Assembly (NCBI GenBank): GCA_036272935.1
Contig: DATAXP010000075.1
Span: 87,085 to 151,084, forward strand
From: Pirellulales bacterium
GTDB lineage: Bacteria; Planctomycetota; Planctomycetia; Pirellulales; PNKZ01
Length of the DNA stretch: 64,000 nucleotides
Reading direction: 5' to 3'
How positions within the stretch are numbered: the first letter of the stretch is position 1; every line of letters starts with the position of its first letter. Below are positions 49,587-58,748 of the stretch, in pieces. Below the pieces are notes generated by a model. The model did no database searches. It was not told the DNA's origin and saw only the letters and a program-made list of their open reading frames with translations. Both the position numbers and the translations under genes were made by a program.

Positions 49587-50470
49587 ATCGCTAGGGCCCC
49601 GGCAGCGGTGCGTATCTGCTTGCCCAACCATGCCCATTCGTTTGCATCGTCAAGCGACAACTTGCGGACGTCTTCGGTGTCGCTGCCGACCGCCCAGGAG
49701 TGCCAAATAGCGGAGTGGTCGCTCAGGTTGATGTCTAAGGAAATCTCATGGCCGCTAATCGACCATTCGGCGCGCACTCCTCCGTCAATCGTCGGAAAGA
49801 TGTACGGCAAATGCTGATCGAGGTCGAAATAGCTCTCGAATGCTGCCGCAAGCCAATCTAGACCGGTTGTAGGTGGTGCTTTTCCAGTACCCTCGAACCA
49901 GCCGTTTTTCAGGACTTTGAGTTCGTCCAATCGCGCCGCCGTGTCAAGTTCCTCTAGAACGGTGACGTTCTCAACTGAGTCGATCGAATGGAGGCGTTCG
50001 GCTCTATCCACCTTTGCTATGCCTTGCACGCGAACGCGAGTTCCGTGCGGATATTCATTGAATGCCTTGACGATCTCCTCTCTGTGTTCACCAATTGGAG
50101 CGATGATCTTTCTGCTATCGGCCAATTGGATTTGGAACGTCCCTCGATCCTGATCCGCTTCGGGGACCGTGCCAAAGAGCACTACATTTTCAGTGAACAA
50201 AGTTGCGCTCGTGGCTGCAAGCACCAGTTTGCGACGGGTCTCTTTTGTCAGGCGCGCGGGACTATCTTGCTTTGAAGTTGCGAACTCAATTGCTTCGCCG
50301 TCGCGAAGGCTTCGACCGAATTTATCAAAATACCAATGGATGTTTTCCGGAAGATACTGCGAGATCGGCTTATTTGACTGTGCAGCGTCAATCGCATCAA
50401 TGATCGCATCCCGCGCTTCTTCGAGATATGGTTGGCTTGGCGACAAGAGAAGGTTCGCCCCAACCACCAA
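49583..50470 (-). CDS. Hypothetical 295-aa protein, first gene of the low-GC two-gene module
   Basis: No internal Met, so the start is TTG or GTG at about 50470. No recognisable motifs (…KVDRAERLHSIDSVENVTVLEELD…). Its stop overlaps the start of the 124-aa gene. A stem-loop (gggtttcggaatcgaaaccc, about 49176-49199) follows the pair. Confidence 0.5.
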   Translation of the reverse strand: MVVGANLLLSPSQPYLEEARDAIIDAIDAAQSNKPISQYLPENIHWYFDKFGRSLRDGEAIEFATSKQDSPARLTKETRRKLVLAATSATLFTENVVLFGTVPEADQDRGTFQIQLADSRKIIAPIGEHREEIVKAFNEYPHGTRVRVQGIAKVDRAERLHSIDSVENVTVLEELDTAARLDELKVLKNGWFEGTGKAPPTTGLDWLAAAFESYFDLDQHLPYIFPTIDGGVRAEWSISGHEISLDINLSDHSAIWHSWAVGSDTEDVRKLSLDDANEWAWLGKQIRTAAGALAI

Positions 50471-50878
50471 GCTGATTATCGGCCGCGCACTTCCGTCTTC
50501 GATCCCAGTCAGCTTCAGCGATCACGCCTCCGAAGAAGTTGCGGGGGACTCGCGAGCGGTCTCGAAATCGTAGAAAAAACCGCCACTTCGCGACGTCGAG
50601 GATCATGTCCTCAAGCACCGCAAAATCGACCAAAATATCCAACGGTATGGCGTGCCCGTCGAAGCGTGCCCCGGTTAATCGCGGTGTAAGAAATGGCTCA
50701 GGGGTCATTGCGCGAAACGGCAGTCGTGCTTGCGTTTGATGGCACTAAAATCATAGCCCGTCCCGAATCTTGTCGATATGAGCTGACTTTCGTTCTTCGT
50801 TGACGCTCCGCATGGCGTGTGATACTTTTTCGCCATGCTTACGTGAACGCGCACCATGCTCAAAGGGCCGCACTGCCA

Positions 50879-51973
50879 ATGGCTTATGAAGTGACCTTGA
50901 TTACCGGCGACGGCACCGGCCCCGAGTTGGCTCTGGCGGCCCGCCGCTGTGTCGACGCCACCGGCGTGAAGATCAACTGGGACGAGCAAGAGGCCGGCGT
51001 CGACGTGATGGCCCGCACCGGCACGCCCCTGCCCGATGCCGTGCTGGAAAGCATCAAGCGCACCCGCTGCGCCCTGAAAGCCCCGATCACCACGCCGGTC
51101 GGCACCGGCTTTCGCAGCATCAACGTGTACCTGCGGCAGGCGTTCGGCCTGTATGCCTGCATCCGCCCCTGCAAGATCTACAAAGGGGTGCGCACCTACT
51201 TCAGCTCGCTGCCGGTCGATCTGGTGATCGTGCGCGAGAACACCGAGGACCTGTACGCCGGCACCGAGTTCGAGCGCGGCAAGCCCGAGACGGCCGAGCT
51301 AATCAAGTTCATCAACGAGAAATCGAAGTCGGGCAAGATCAAGACCGGCCCCGACGAGACCGGCGTGAGCATCAAGCCGATCAGCGTCTCGGGCTCTGAG
51401 CGGATCGTGAAGTGCGCGTTCGACTATGCCGTGGAGAACGGCCGCAAGAAGGTCACTGCGGTGCACAAGGCGAACATCATGAAGTTCTCCGACGGCTTGT
51501 TCCTCGAGACGGCCCGGAACGTTGCCAAGCAGTATCCGAACATCGAGTTCGAGGACCGCATCGTCGACAACATGTGCATGCAACTGGTGCAGAAGCCCGA
51601 GGCGTACGACATCTTGGTGCTGCCGAACTTGTACGGCGACGTGCTTAGCGACTTGGCCGCAGGATTGGTAGGCGGCCTGGGCGTCGCCCCCGGCGCGAAC
51701 ATTGGTCCCGAAGGGGCGGTGTTCGAGGCCACGCACGGCAGTGCCCCGAAGTACAAGGGGCAGAACAAGGTGAACCCCACGGCGTTGATCCTCTCGGGCA
51801 TGCTGATGCTCAAGCACCTGAAGGAAGACAAGGCCGCCGCGCGATTGGAAAAGGCGGTCGCCGACGTGATTGCCGAGGGCAAGAACGTCACCTACGACCT
51901 GAAGGCTGACCGCAACGATCCGACCGCGGTGGGCACCAAGGAAATGGCCGACGCGATCATCCGCAAGCTGTAA
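50879..51973 (+). CDS. icd: Isocitrate dehydrogenase (NAD(P)-dependent; isocitrate/isopropylmalate dehydrogenase family)
   Basis: Start at the ATG at 50879 ([16 protein letters not shown]…). Family motifs …[18 protein letters not shown]…, …[13 protein letters not shown]… and …[27 protein letters not shown]…. Confidence 0.8.
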   Translation: MAYEVTLITGDGTGPELALAARRCVDATGVKINWDEQEAGVDVMARTGTPLPDAVLESIKRTRCALKAPITTPVGTGFRSINVYLRQAFGLYACIRPCKIYKGVRTYFSSLPVDLVIVRENTEDLYAGTEFERGKPETAELIKFINEKSKSGKIKTGPDETGVSIKPISVSGSERIVKCAFDYAVENGRKKVTAVHKANIMKFSDGLFLETARNVAKQYPNIEFEDRIVDNMCMQLVQKPEAYDILVLPNLYGDVLSDLAAGLVGGLGVAPGANIGPEGAVFEATHGSAPKYKGQNKVNPTALILSGMLMLKHLKEDKAAARLEKAVADVIAEGKNVTYDLKADRNDPTAVGTKEMADAIIRKL

Positions 51974-51974
51974 T

Positions 51975-52055
51975 GCGGAATGGGGAATGTGGAATGGGGA
52001 ATGACGAACCCCTTTCGTCCGACATTCCCCATTCCCCATTCCGAACTCCCCATTC
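51975..52055. repeat. Palindromic CCCCATTCC/GGAATGGGG repeat hairpin between icd and lpxK
   Basis: ggaatggggaatgtggaatggggaatg … cattccccattccccattcc around a self-complementary loop (acgaacccctttcgt). It lies directly after the icd stop. A half-copy sits at 38603..38635. Confidence 0.5.
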
Positions 52056-52080
52056 GAAAGCCGACCGCTTCAGGGCAGTC

Positions 52081-53124
52081 GTGAGCGGCCGCGAGCGGGG
52101 CGTCGTTGCATCGGTGCTGCGCGGCGCGCTCTCCATCGCCTCAGTGGGATATGGCGCTGCGATGCGCGTCCGCAATTGGTGGTACGACACCGACCGCGCC
52201 CGGATCGAACACGTCGATGCGCTGGTGGTCTGCGTCGGCAATCTTACGCTCGGCGGAACCGGCAAGACGCCGATGGTCGAATGGATCGTCCGCTGGATGC
52301 GCGAGCGCGGCGTTCGCCCGGCCGTCGTGAGCCGAGGCTACGGCGCACAAGCCGGCGCGGCGAACGACGAGGCCCGGGAGCTTGCCGATCGCTTGCCGGG
52401 CGTGCCCCAGGTGCAGAACCGCGATCGCGCCGCGGCAGCGCGCCGGGCGATCGACGAGTTCGGCGCCCAAGTGATCGTACTCGACGACGGTTTCCAGCAT
52501 CGCCGGCTAGCGCGCGAGCTGGACGTGGTGATGCTCGATGCCGCCGAGCCGTGGGGTTATGAGCATGTGTTCCCGCGCGGCATGCTGCGCGAGCCGCCGA
52601 GCGGTCTGACCCGGGCCGAGGTGGTGGTGCTGTCGCGGGCCGATATGGTCGACGACGCGCGACGGGCCGAGATTCGTCGCCGGGCCGAGCGCTTGTCGCA
52701 CGGCGCCGTGTGGGCTGAGGTTGTACACGCCCCGCAGCGCTGGCTGGCCGCTGGTGCCGGCGCGGCAGCGCTCGACGAGCTGTGCGGCCAGCGGGTCGCG
52801 GCGTTCTGCGGCATCGGCAACCCGAGAGGATTCCGGCACACGCTCGATCGCTGCGGTTGCGAGGTGGCTGCGCTGCGCGAATTTCCCGATCACCATGCTT
52901 ACACACCCAGCGACCTCGAGCAGCTTGCCGCCTGGGCCGCGGCCAGCGGAGCCACGGCGATCGTCTGCACGCACAAGGACCTGGTGAAGATCGGGGTCGA
53001 CCGGCTCGGCGCGTTGCCGTTATGGGCGCTGGTTGTGGGGATCGAATTTCTTGAAGGACAAGTAGAGTTGGAGGCTAAGCTGGCATGGCTGATCGCTCGG
53101 CTCCCGCGTTGCTCGGAACCATGA
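52081..53124 (+). CDS. lpxK: Tetraacyldisaccharide 4'-kinase
   Basis: P-loop in the LpxK context (ALVVCVGNLTLGGTGKTP) and …VVSRGYG… plus downstream LpxK blocks (…VIVLDDGFQHRRL…). The track ORF begins inside the upstream repeat, so I chose the GTG at 52081 as the start. Confidence 0.85.
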   Translation: MSGRERGVVASVLRGALSIASVGYGAAMRVRNWWYDTDRARIEHVDALVVCVGNLTLGGTGKTPMVEWIVRWMRERGVRPAVVSRGYGAQAGAANDEARELADRLPGVPQVQNRDRAAAARRAIDEFGAQVIVLDDGFQHRRLARELDVVMLDAAEPWGYEHVFPRGMLREPPSGLTRAEVVVLSRADMVDDARRAEIRRRAERLSHGAVWAEVVHAPQRWLAAGAGAAALDELCGQRVAAFCGIGNPRGFRHTLDRCGCEVAALREFPDHHAYTPSDLEQLAAWAAASGATAIVCTHKDLVKIGVDRLGALPLWALVVGIEFLEGQVELEAKLAWLIARLPRCSEP

Positions 53125-54596
53125 CAATGAACCGCATGACAATCTTGGCGCTCCTGCTACTGCCGCTCGGCCAGCTCGCGGCGAGGGCCGACGATCCATC
53201 GGCACCACGTCCTCGACATTTGTTCCTCGATCCCGCGTTCATCGACGAGAGCGACGGCGTCGCGCTGCACGCGAATCCGCCCCAGCGGCGCGACGTAGTG
53301 ATCCGCCACGATCGACCGTGGGAAAAGCTGATGATCAGCTTCTTTCTCACCGTGCTCGACGAACGCGACAAATTGCGGATGTGGTACATCTGCCGCGACG
53401 CCCAGAACCGGCCGAACGTCGCCTACGCCGAGTCGACCGACGGCCTGGCGTGGACAAAGCCGAACATGGGCATCGTCGATTACGACGGCAGCACCGCCAA
53501 CAACCTGGTCGGCATGTCGTCGCTGGAAGGCGTGGTCTTTCGCGACCCGAACGCCAAAGCCGAAGAGCGTTACGCATACTGCACGCATCTGATCGATGAA
53601 GGGATCGTGCGGTTCCACTCGCCCGACGGCCTGCGCTGGAGCCGCGACGCGCAACCGTTACTCCGCCTTGGGGCCGACACACAGAACGTCACGCTGTGGG
53701 ACGACCGCCTCGGGCAGTACGTGCTGTACCTGCGCGGCTGGGAAGAACGGGCCGATGGCAAGCTGTACCGCAAGGTGGTGCGTGCCGCGACCTCGGACAT
53801 CACGCGCCCCATGTCCGAAGGCCCTTCCGGTGGGAGCCGGTACTTGTGGGGCAAGGAAAAGATGCCAGTGATCGACCGCGAGTTCCCGACCGTGTTCGCC
53901 ACCGACGAACACGATCCGCCCGATAGCGACGTGTACAACCTTTCGGCCCAGCGATACCCGCTCGATCCGCGCTGGTATCTCGGCTTCCCGTCGTTGTTCC
54001 AGCGCGAGCGCAATCGCAGCGACGGCAAGCTTGAGGTGCAGTTCACCGGCGGCCGCGATGGGATCCACTGGCACCGCTACGATCGGGTGCCGTATGCCGC
54101 GCTAGGTCTTGCCGACAGCGATAGCCAGAACATGACATTCATGGGGACGGGGATGGTCGTGCGCGGCGATGAAATCTGGCAGTACGGCACCGGCTTCCAC
54201 TCGCGGCACGGCGATGTTGCCGCCAGGAAGCTTCGAACCGATGGCATCATCTATCGGTATACGCAGCGCCTCGACGGCTTCGTGTCGCTCGATTTCGACT
54301 CCGCCGGAGGAAGCTGTCGCACCGCGCCGGTGAAGCTCGACGGGCCGCGGCTGCACGTGAACGTCGATACCGGCGCGCTGGGCACGCTGCGCGTCGCGTT
54401 GCTCGATGCCGCCGGTGAGCCGATCGCGGGCTACACGCTCGACGATTGCCGCGTGCTGCGCACCAACGCGACGCGCGCCGTCGTGGCATGGCGCGCGGGA
54501 GACGATCTGACATCGCTCGCGGGCCAACAGGTGCGACTGGCGCTCGTCGGCGCGCGGGCCAAGCTGTACAGCTTCATGTTCGACGGCGGCCCGTAG
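53121..54596 (+). CDS. Secreted hypothetical protein, beta-propeller/glycosidase-like
   Basis: Start ATG at 53121 overlaps the lpxK stop (ATGA). Signal peptide (MTMNRMTILALLLLPLGQLAARA). Repeated W/D-rich beta-strand blocks suggest a GH43/GH130-like propeller, but no firm family. Confidence 0.55.
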   Translation: MTMNRMTILALLLLPLGQLAARADDPSAPRPRHLFLDPAFIDESDGVALHANPPQRRDVVIRHDRPWEKLMISFFLTVLDERDKLRMWYICRDAQNRPNVAYAESTDGLAWTKPNMGIVDYDGSTANNLVGMSSLEGVVFRDPNAKAEERYAYCTHLIDEGIVRFHSPDGLRWSRDAQPLLRLGADTQNVTLWDDRLGQYVLYLRGWEERADGKLYRKVVRAATSDITRPMSEGPSGGSRYLWGKEKMPVIDREFPTVFATDEHDPPDSDVYNLSAQRYPLDPRWYLGFPSLFQRERNRSDGKLEVQFTGGRDGIHWHRYDRVPYAALGLADSDSQNMTFMGTGMVVRGDEIWQYGTGFHSRHGDVAARKLRTDGIIYRYTQRLDGFVSLDFDSAGGSCRTAPVKLDGPRLHVNVDTGALGTLRVALLDAAGEPIAGYTLDDCRVLRTNATRAVVAWRAGDDLTSLAGQQVRLALVGARAKLYSFMFDGGP

Positions 54597-54626
54597 GAAT
54601 GCAGCTCGCCGGCAACCGTCAGCGCG

Positions 54627-54878
54627 CTACCACTGCACGTCGAGCAGGTTTTCGATCTGCGCGATGCCATCGAGGCCGCGCAGCGATTCTTGAGCCATCT
54701 GCTTCTGGTAGAAGCTGCGGACCACGCCCTTGAGCGTCACGCGGCCGTCGCGCGCTTCAAGCTGCACCGAGCGGTGCGGCAGGTGCGGGTTGTTGAAGAT
54801 CACCCGGCGGGCACGATCTTCAAGTGGGTTCTCGATGCGAATCTCAACGGCAACAGGCGAATCGGTGAGCAGCGACAT
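54627..54878 (-). CDS. BON-domain protein (OsmY-like)
   Basis: The C-terminal 84 aa of the 158-aa track ORF form a BON-like module (MSLLTDSPVAVEIRIENPLEDRARRVIFNNPHLPHRSVQLEARDGRVTLKGVV…). The upstream part of the ORF looks like non-coding read-through, so the start is set at the internal ATG. Confidence 0.5.
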   Translation of the reverse strand: MSLLTDSPVAVEIRIENPLEDRARRVIFNNPHLPHRSVQLEARDGRVTLKGVVRSFYQKQMAQESLRGLDGIAQIENLLDVQW

Positions 54879-55106
54879 AAGCAACGACCGAGCAGCTCGT
54901 GGACGGTATAGGCCCCGCAGGTGCTGGCGAGCGCCCTGCAACGCACCCTCACCAGTGTTGGATACGATCGGCTGCCTGCGGCGAAATCCGATAGGGAAAG
55001 CTGATCCGTCTGCGGAGAATTTGCCCGTCCGCGACAGCCCATATCGGATATGAGGAACTTGAAGGGCGCCGAGCAAAAGTGGCCCTCCGGCCCCGGCCTC
55101 CAACCG

Positions 55107-56744
55107 CTAGCCGCCGCCCACCGCCAACCAGCTAGGCAATTGTCCCGCCCGCGGCAGCTCGATGACCGTCGCGCTCAGCAGGTCGGGGTGCCCCAGCACG
55201 GCGTCGATCGCCTCTTGGGGCGGTCGGGTGTCGAGGTTCAGCACGCCGATCGCCTCGCCGCCGGGCGTGTCGCTGGCCCGGCCGACCGCCATCTGGGCGA
55301 TATTCACCCGATGCGTGCCGAAGATCGTGCCGACTTTGCCGATAATGCCGGGCACATCGCGATGCGTGAACACCATCAGCACGCCGTCGAGAAATGCATC
55401 GAGCCGGTATTCGCCCAGTTGCACCAGCCGTGGCATGTTCTGGCCAAACACCGTACCCGAGGCCTTGTAGGTCTGCGACTCGGTCACCAGCTCGGCCTGG
55501 ATCACCGAGCTGAACGCTCCCATGTCGCTGCGCGACTGCTCGACCAGCTCGATGCCGCGCTCCCGCAGCAGCACCTCGGCGTTGACGATGTTGATCTCCG
55601 CCTCGAGCGCGTGCTCCAACAGACCGACGGCCACGCACGCCGTGATAAGCTTTGTGTCTTTCGAGGCGATTTCGCCGCGGTATTGCAGCCGGCACGCCTT
55701 GGTCGGCGTCCGGTCGAGCTGCGCCAGCAGCCGCCCCAGCCGATAGCCCAGGTCCAGGTAATCCCGCATCGCGGCGAGCTTCTTGGGATCGACGCTCGAC
55801 ATGTTCACGGCATGGCGAATCGCGCCGGTGCTCAAAAAATCCACCAGCAGATGGGCACCCTCAACCGCCACCTGCGTCTGTGCCTCTTCGGTGCTCGCAC
55901 CCAGGTGCGGCGTACACAGAACGCCGGGCATGCCGAACAGCGGGCTCGACTTGCACGGCTCGGTCGCGAACACGTCGAGCGCCACCCCCCCCAGCTTGCC
56001 GCTCTTCAAGCCCTCGACCAGTGCCGCCTCGTCGTAGATGCCACCGCGCGCGCAGTTGATCAGCCGCACGCCGCGGCGCATCACCTCGAGCTGCGGCGTG
56101 CTGATCAGGTTCTTCGTTTCCGGCGTCAGTGGCGTGTGGACCGTCAGGTAGTCGACGTGCGGGAGCATTTCGGCCACCGCCGGCACCAATTCGATTCCAA
56201 GTTCCTGGGCCCGCTCTTTCGACAAGAACGGATCGTACCCCAGCACGCGCATCTCCAGCGCCTTGGCCCGCGACGCGACCGCCTGCCCGATGCGCCCCAA
56301 GCCGACGATACCGATCGTCTTGTCGGCCAACTGGGTGCCCATGTACTTGTTGCGGTCCCAGCGCCCCTCGATCAGGCTTTGATACGCCGGGGCAATGTTG
56401 CGGCTCAGGGCCAGCATCATCGCCACCGTGTGCTCGGCGGTGCTGAGCGTGTTGCCGGTGGGCGTGTTCATCACGACGATGCCCAGACGGGTCGCGGCGT
56501 CTTTGTCGATGTTGTCGGTGCCCACGCCGGCGCGCACGATCGCCTTGAGTCGGCGGTTCCCGGCCAGCGATTCGGCCGTGATCTTCACCCCGCTGCGCAG
56601 GATCGCCCCGTCGGCGCCGGCCAGTGCCGTGCGCAAGTCAGCCCCCGACAGCCCCGTGCGGACCTCGTACTCGATGCCCGGAGCAGCCTTGAAAATGTCG
56701 AGCCCTTCTTGGGCCAGGGTATCGAGCACAATGACGCGCGGCAT
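55107..56744 (-). CDS. serA: D-3-phosphoglycerate dehydrogenase (long form with ASB and ACT domains)
   Basis: 545 aa. NAD-binding motif (GIVGLGRIGQAVA), catalytic region (…LINCARGGIYDE…, …PHLGAST…) and a C-terminal ACT domain (…MVFTHRDVPGIIGKVGTIFG…). Confidence 0.95.
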   Translation of the reverse strand: MPRVIVLDTLAQEGLDIFKAAPGIEYEVRTGLSGADLRTALAGADGAILRSGVKITAESLAGNRRLKAIVRAGVGTDNIDKDAATRLGIVVMNTPTGNTLSTAEHTVAMMLALSRNIAPAYQSLIEGRWDRNKYMGTQLADKTIGIVGLGRIGQAVASRAKALEMRVLGYDPFLSKERAQELGIELVPAVAEMLPHVDYLTVHTPLTPETKNLISTPQLEVMRRGVRLINCARGGIYDEAALVEGLKSGKLGGVALDVFATEPCKSSPLFGMPGVLCTPHLGASTEEAQTQVAVEGAHLLVDFLSTGAIRHAVNMSSVDPKKLAAMRDYLDLGYRLGRLLAQLDRTPTKACRLQYRGEIASKDTKLITACVAVGLLEHALEAEINIVNAEVLLRERGIELVEQSRSDMGAFSSVIQAELVTESQTYKASGTVFGQNMPRLVQLGEYRLDAFLDGVLMVFTHRDVPGIIGKVGTIFGTHRVNIAQMAVGRASDTPGGEAIGVLNLDTRPPQEAIDAVLGHPDLLSATVIELPRAGQLPSWLAVGGG

Positions 56745-56834
56745 GATCGACCGTTACGTTCAGGGATGGGGGAGGCGAGCGAAACACGGAGAATAAGGCT
56801 TCGCCGTCCCAGGGGTCAAGGAGGCAGCACACTT

Positions 56835-56924
56835 AGTAGCAGGCACGCTCCGCGTGCCGTCGCCGCCTTTAAGTTGGCACCGTCGGCAGACTCCGGCGAC
56901 GGCACACGGAGTGTGCCTGCTACT
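56835..56924 (+). promoter_or_regulatory. Long (about 31-bp stem) hairpin in the 5' leader of the TPR membrane-protein gene; candidate cis-regulatory RNA structure
   Basis: Arm A is agtagcaggcacgctccgcgtgccgtcgccg. Arm B is cggcgacggcacacggagtgtgcctgctact. They are complementary except at two positions, which form G·U pairs only in a plus-strand RNA. 27-nt loop. The structure sits about 55 nt before the ATG at 56980. Confidence 0.4.
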
Positions 56925-56979
56925 TTGCGATTCTCCGTCACGGCGTTGCAGCGATCCAGGCCGCGGCTATGGTGGACAA

Positions 56980-58668
56980 ATGCTTGGTCCTCGTCTGCGC
57001 ATCGCGCTAGCTGTCATCATCCTCGTCGGCGGCACGGTCGCCGCGTTTGCCCCTGCGCTGCGCGCCGGTTGGCAGTGGGACGACGACGACTATGTGACCA
57101 GGAACGACGCGCTGCAATCGATCGCCGGGCTGAAGCGAATTTGGACAACGCTCGGCGCCACGCCGCAATACTATCCGCTGGTCTTCACGACCTTCTGGCT
57201 CGAGCACCATGCCTGGGGCGACGATCCGCGCGGCTACCATGCGGTGAACGTTGCCCTGCACGCGGCGAACGTTGTGCTGTTGTTCGCATTGCTGAGTGGT
57301 CTGAAGCTGCCGGGCGCGTTCTGGTGCGCGCTCTTATTCGCGATCCACCCGGTGCAGGTCGAGACGGTCGCGTGGGTCACCGAGCGCAAGAACCTGTTGT
57401 CGACGTTCTTCTATCTACTCGCGGCGCTGGCCTACCTGCGGTTCGATCACCGCGGCCGCGCGGGCTGGTACCTGCTGGCGCTAGTATTGTTCGTTGCCGC
57501 GCTGCTTTCAAAGACCACGGCCTGCACGCTGCCTGCGGCGATCCTGCTGGTCGTGTGGTGGCGCGATAGCCGTGTGGGGTTGCGGCATTGGCTGGCGGCG
57601 GTGCCGATGTTCGCAATCGGCCTGGCAATGGGGATCGTCACTGCCCACGTCGAGCGCAGCGTGGTGCTCGAGCTTGCCGCGCCGACCGACATCGCGGGAC
57701 TGGGTCGGCTCGAACGTTTGCTGATCGCGGGCAGGGCGTTGTGGTTTTATGCCGCCAAGCTGGTGTGGCCCACCAACCTGGCGTTCTGCTACGAGCGTTG
57801 GCATGTCGACCGGCACGCGGCGGCGTGGTATCTGCCTACGATGGCGGCCATCGCGGTCCTGACGTTGCTCGTGGCGATGCGCTGTCGGCTGGGGCGCGGC
57901 CCTGCCGCGGCGGTGCTGTTCTTCGCGGTGACGCTGCTGCCGGCGCTGGGGTTCGTCGACATCGAGACGATGCGCTACACGTTCGTCGCCGATCATTACC
58001 AGTATCTGGCCTGTGTGGGATTGTTCGCCCTGGCCGCGTCGGGACTAGGCGCGGTGGCAGCCACGCATCGCGTTGGCGCGTGCCTCGTCGGCGCCGCGGT
58101 TTGCGTGGCGCTGGGCGTGCTCTCATTCCGCCAGGCGTCGCTGTATCGCGATAGGCAAACGCTCTGGACCGACACGCTCGACAAGAATCCGCAATGCTGC
58201 CTGGCCATGCGCCTGCTGGCCCGCGAGTACGACTCCGTTGGAGAGCACGATGAGGCGGACGAGCTGCGCCGGCGTTGCCTGGAGATCGATCCAAGCTACG
58301 CCGAAGCTGCCTACGATCTTGGCCACTCGTTGGCTGTCCGCGGCGAAACGAGCGAGGCGATCAAAGCGCTGTACCAGGCCGTCGAGGCGAACCCCAAGCA
58401 TTTCCTGGCGCAATCGGACTTGGCGGCCCTGCTCACCGGCACCGGCAGCCCCGCCACGGCGCTGGTTCACTTTCGGGCGGCCCTGGCCACCAATCCGCGC
58501 TCGGCCGTGACCTACCGAAACATGGTGTACGCCCTGGTGGCGTTGAGGCGACGCGACGAGGCACTCGCGGCCATCGACCAGGCGCTAGAACTGGAACCGG
58601 AGAACGAGGATTTTCGGCAAATTCGCGACGAGCTCGAGTCGCAACCGCCAACGACCCGAGATCGGTAA
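56980..58668 (+). CDS. Polytopic membrane protein with C-terminal TPR repeats (TMTC/PMT-like glycosyltransferase family)
   Basis: Start moved to the ATG at 56980 (MLGPRLRIALAVIILVGG…). About 10 TM helices, with a conserved …HAVNVALHAANVVLLFALL… block like TMTC/PMT_2 proteins. The C-terminal region has TPR motifs (…AEAAYDLGHSLAVRGETSEAIKALYQAVEANPKH…). Confidence 0.7.
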   Translation: MLGPRLRIALAVIILVGGTVAAFAPALRAGWQWDDDDYVTRNDALQSIAGLKRIWTTLGATPQYYPLVFTTFWLEHHAWGDDPRGYHAVNVALHAANVVLLFALLSGLKLPGAFWCALLFAIHPVQVETVAWVTERKNLLSTFFYLLAALAYLRFDHRGRAGWYLLALVLFVAALLSKTTACTLPAAILLVVWWRDSRVGLRHWLAAVPMFAIGLAMGIVTAHVERSVVLELAAPTDIAGLGRLERLLIAGRALWFYAAKLVWPTNLAFCYERWHVDRHAAAWYLPTMAAIAVLTLLVAMRCRLGRGPAAAVLFFAVTLLPALGFVDIETMRYTFVADHYQYLACVGLFALAASGLGAVAATHRVGACLVGAAVCVALGVLSFRQASLYRDRQTLWTDTLDKNPQCCLAMRLLAREYDSVGEHDEADELRRRCLEIDPSYAEAAYDLGHSLAVRGETSEAIKALYQAVEANPKHFLAQSDLAALLTGTGSPATALVHFRAALATNPRSAVTYRNMVYALVALRRRDEALAAIDQALELEPENEDFRQIRDELESQPPTTRDR

Positions 58669-58748
58669 ATGCCGCCACGTCGCGAATTTGCGGCGCTCAT
58701 CGGAATTTAGCATACGCTCCCTGGCTGATTCGCTATCATACGGGATCG

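Noticed and set aside
54879-55103. N-terminal 75 aa of the 158-aa track ORF containing the BON domain
   Set aside because: The sequence (MEAGAGGPLLLGALQVPHIRYGLSRTGKF…) looks like translated intergenic DNA. An internal ATG with the BON module alone gives a compact, plausible protein.
55050-57569. 839-aa plus-strand ORF
   Set aside because: It runs antisense through serA, which has textbook motifs, and across the intergenic hairpin. Not credible.
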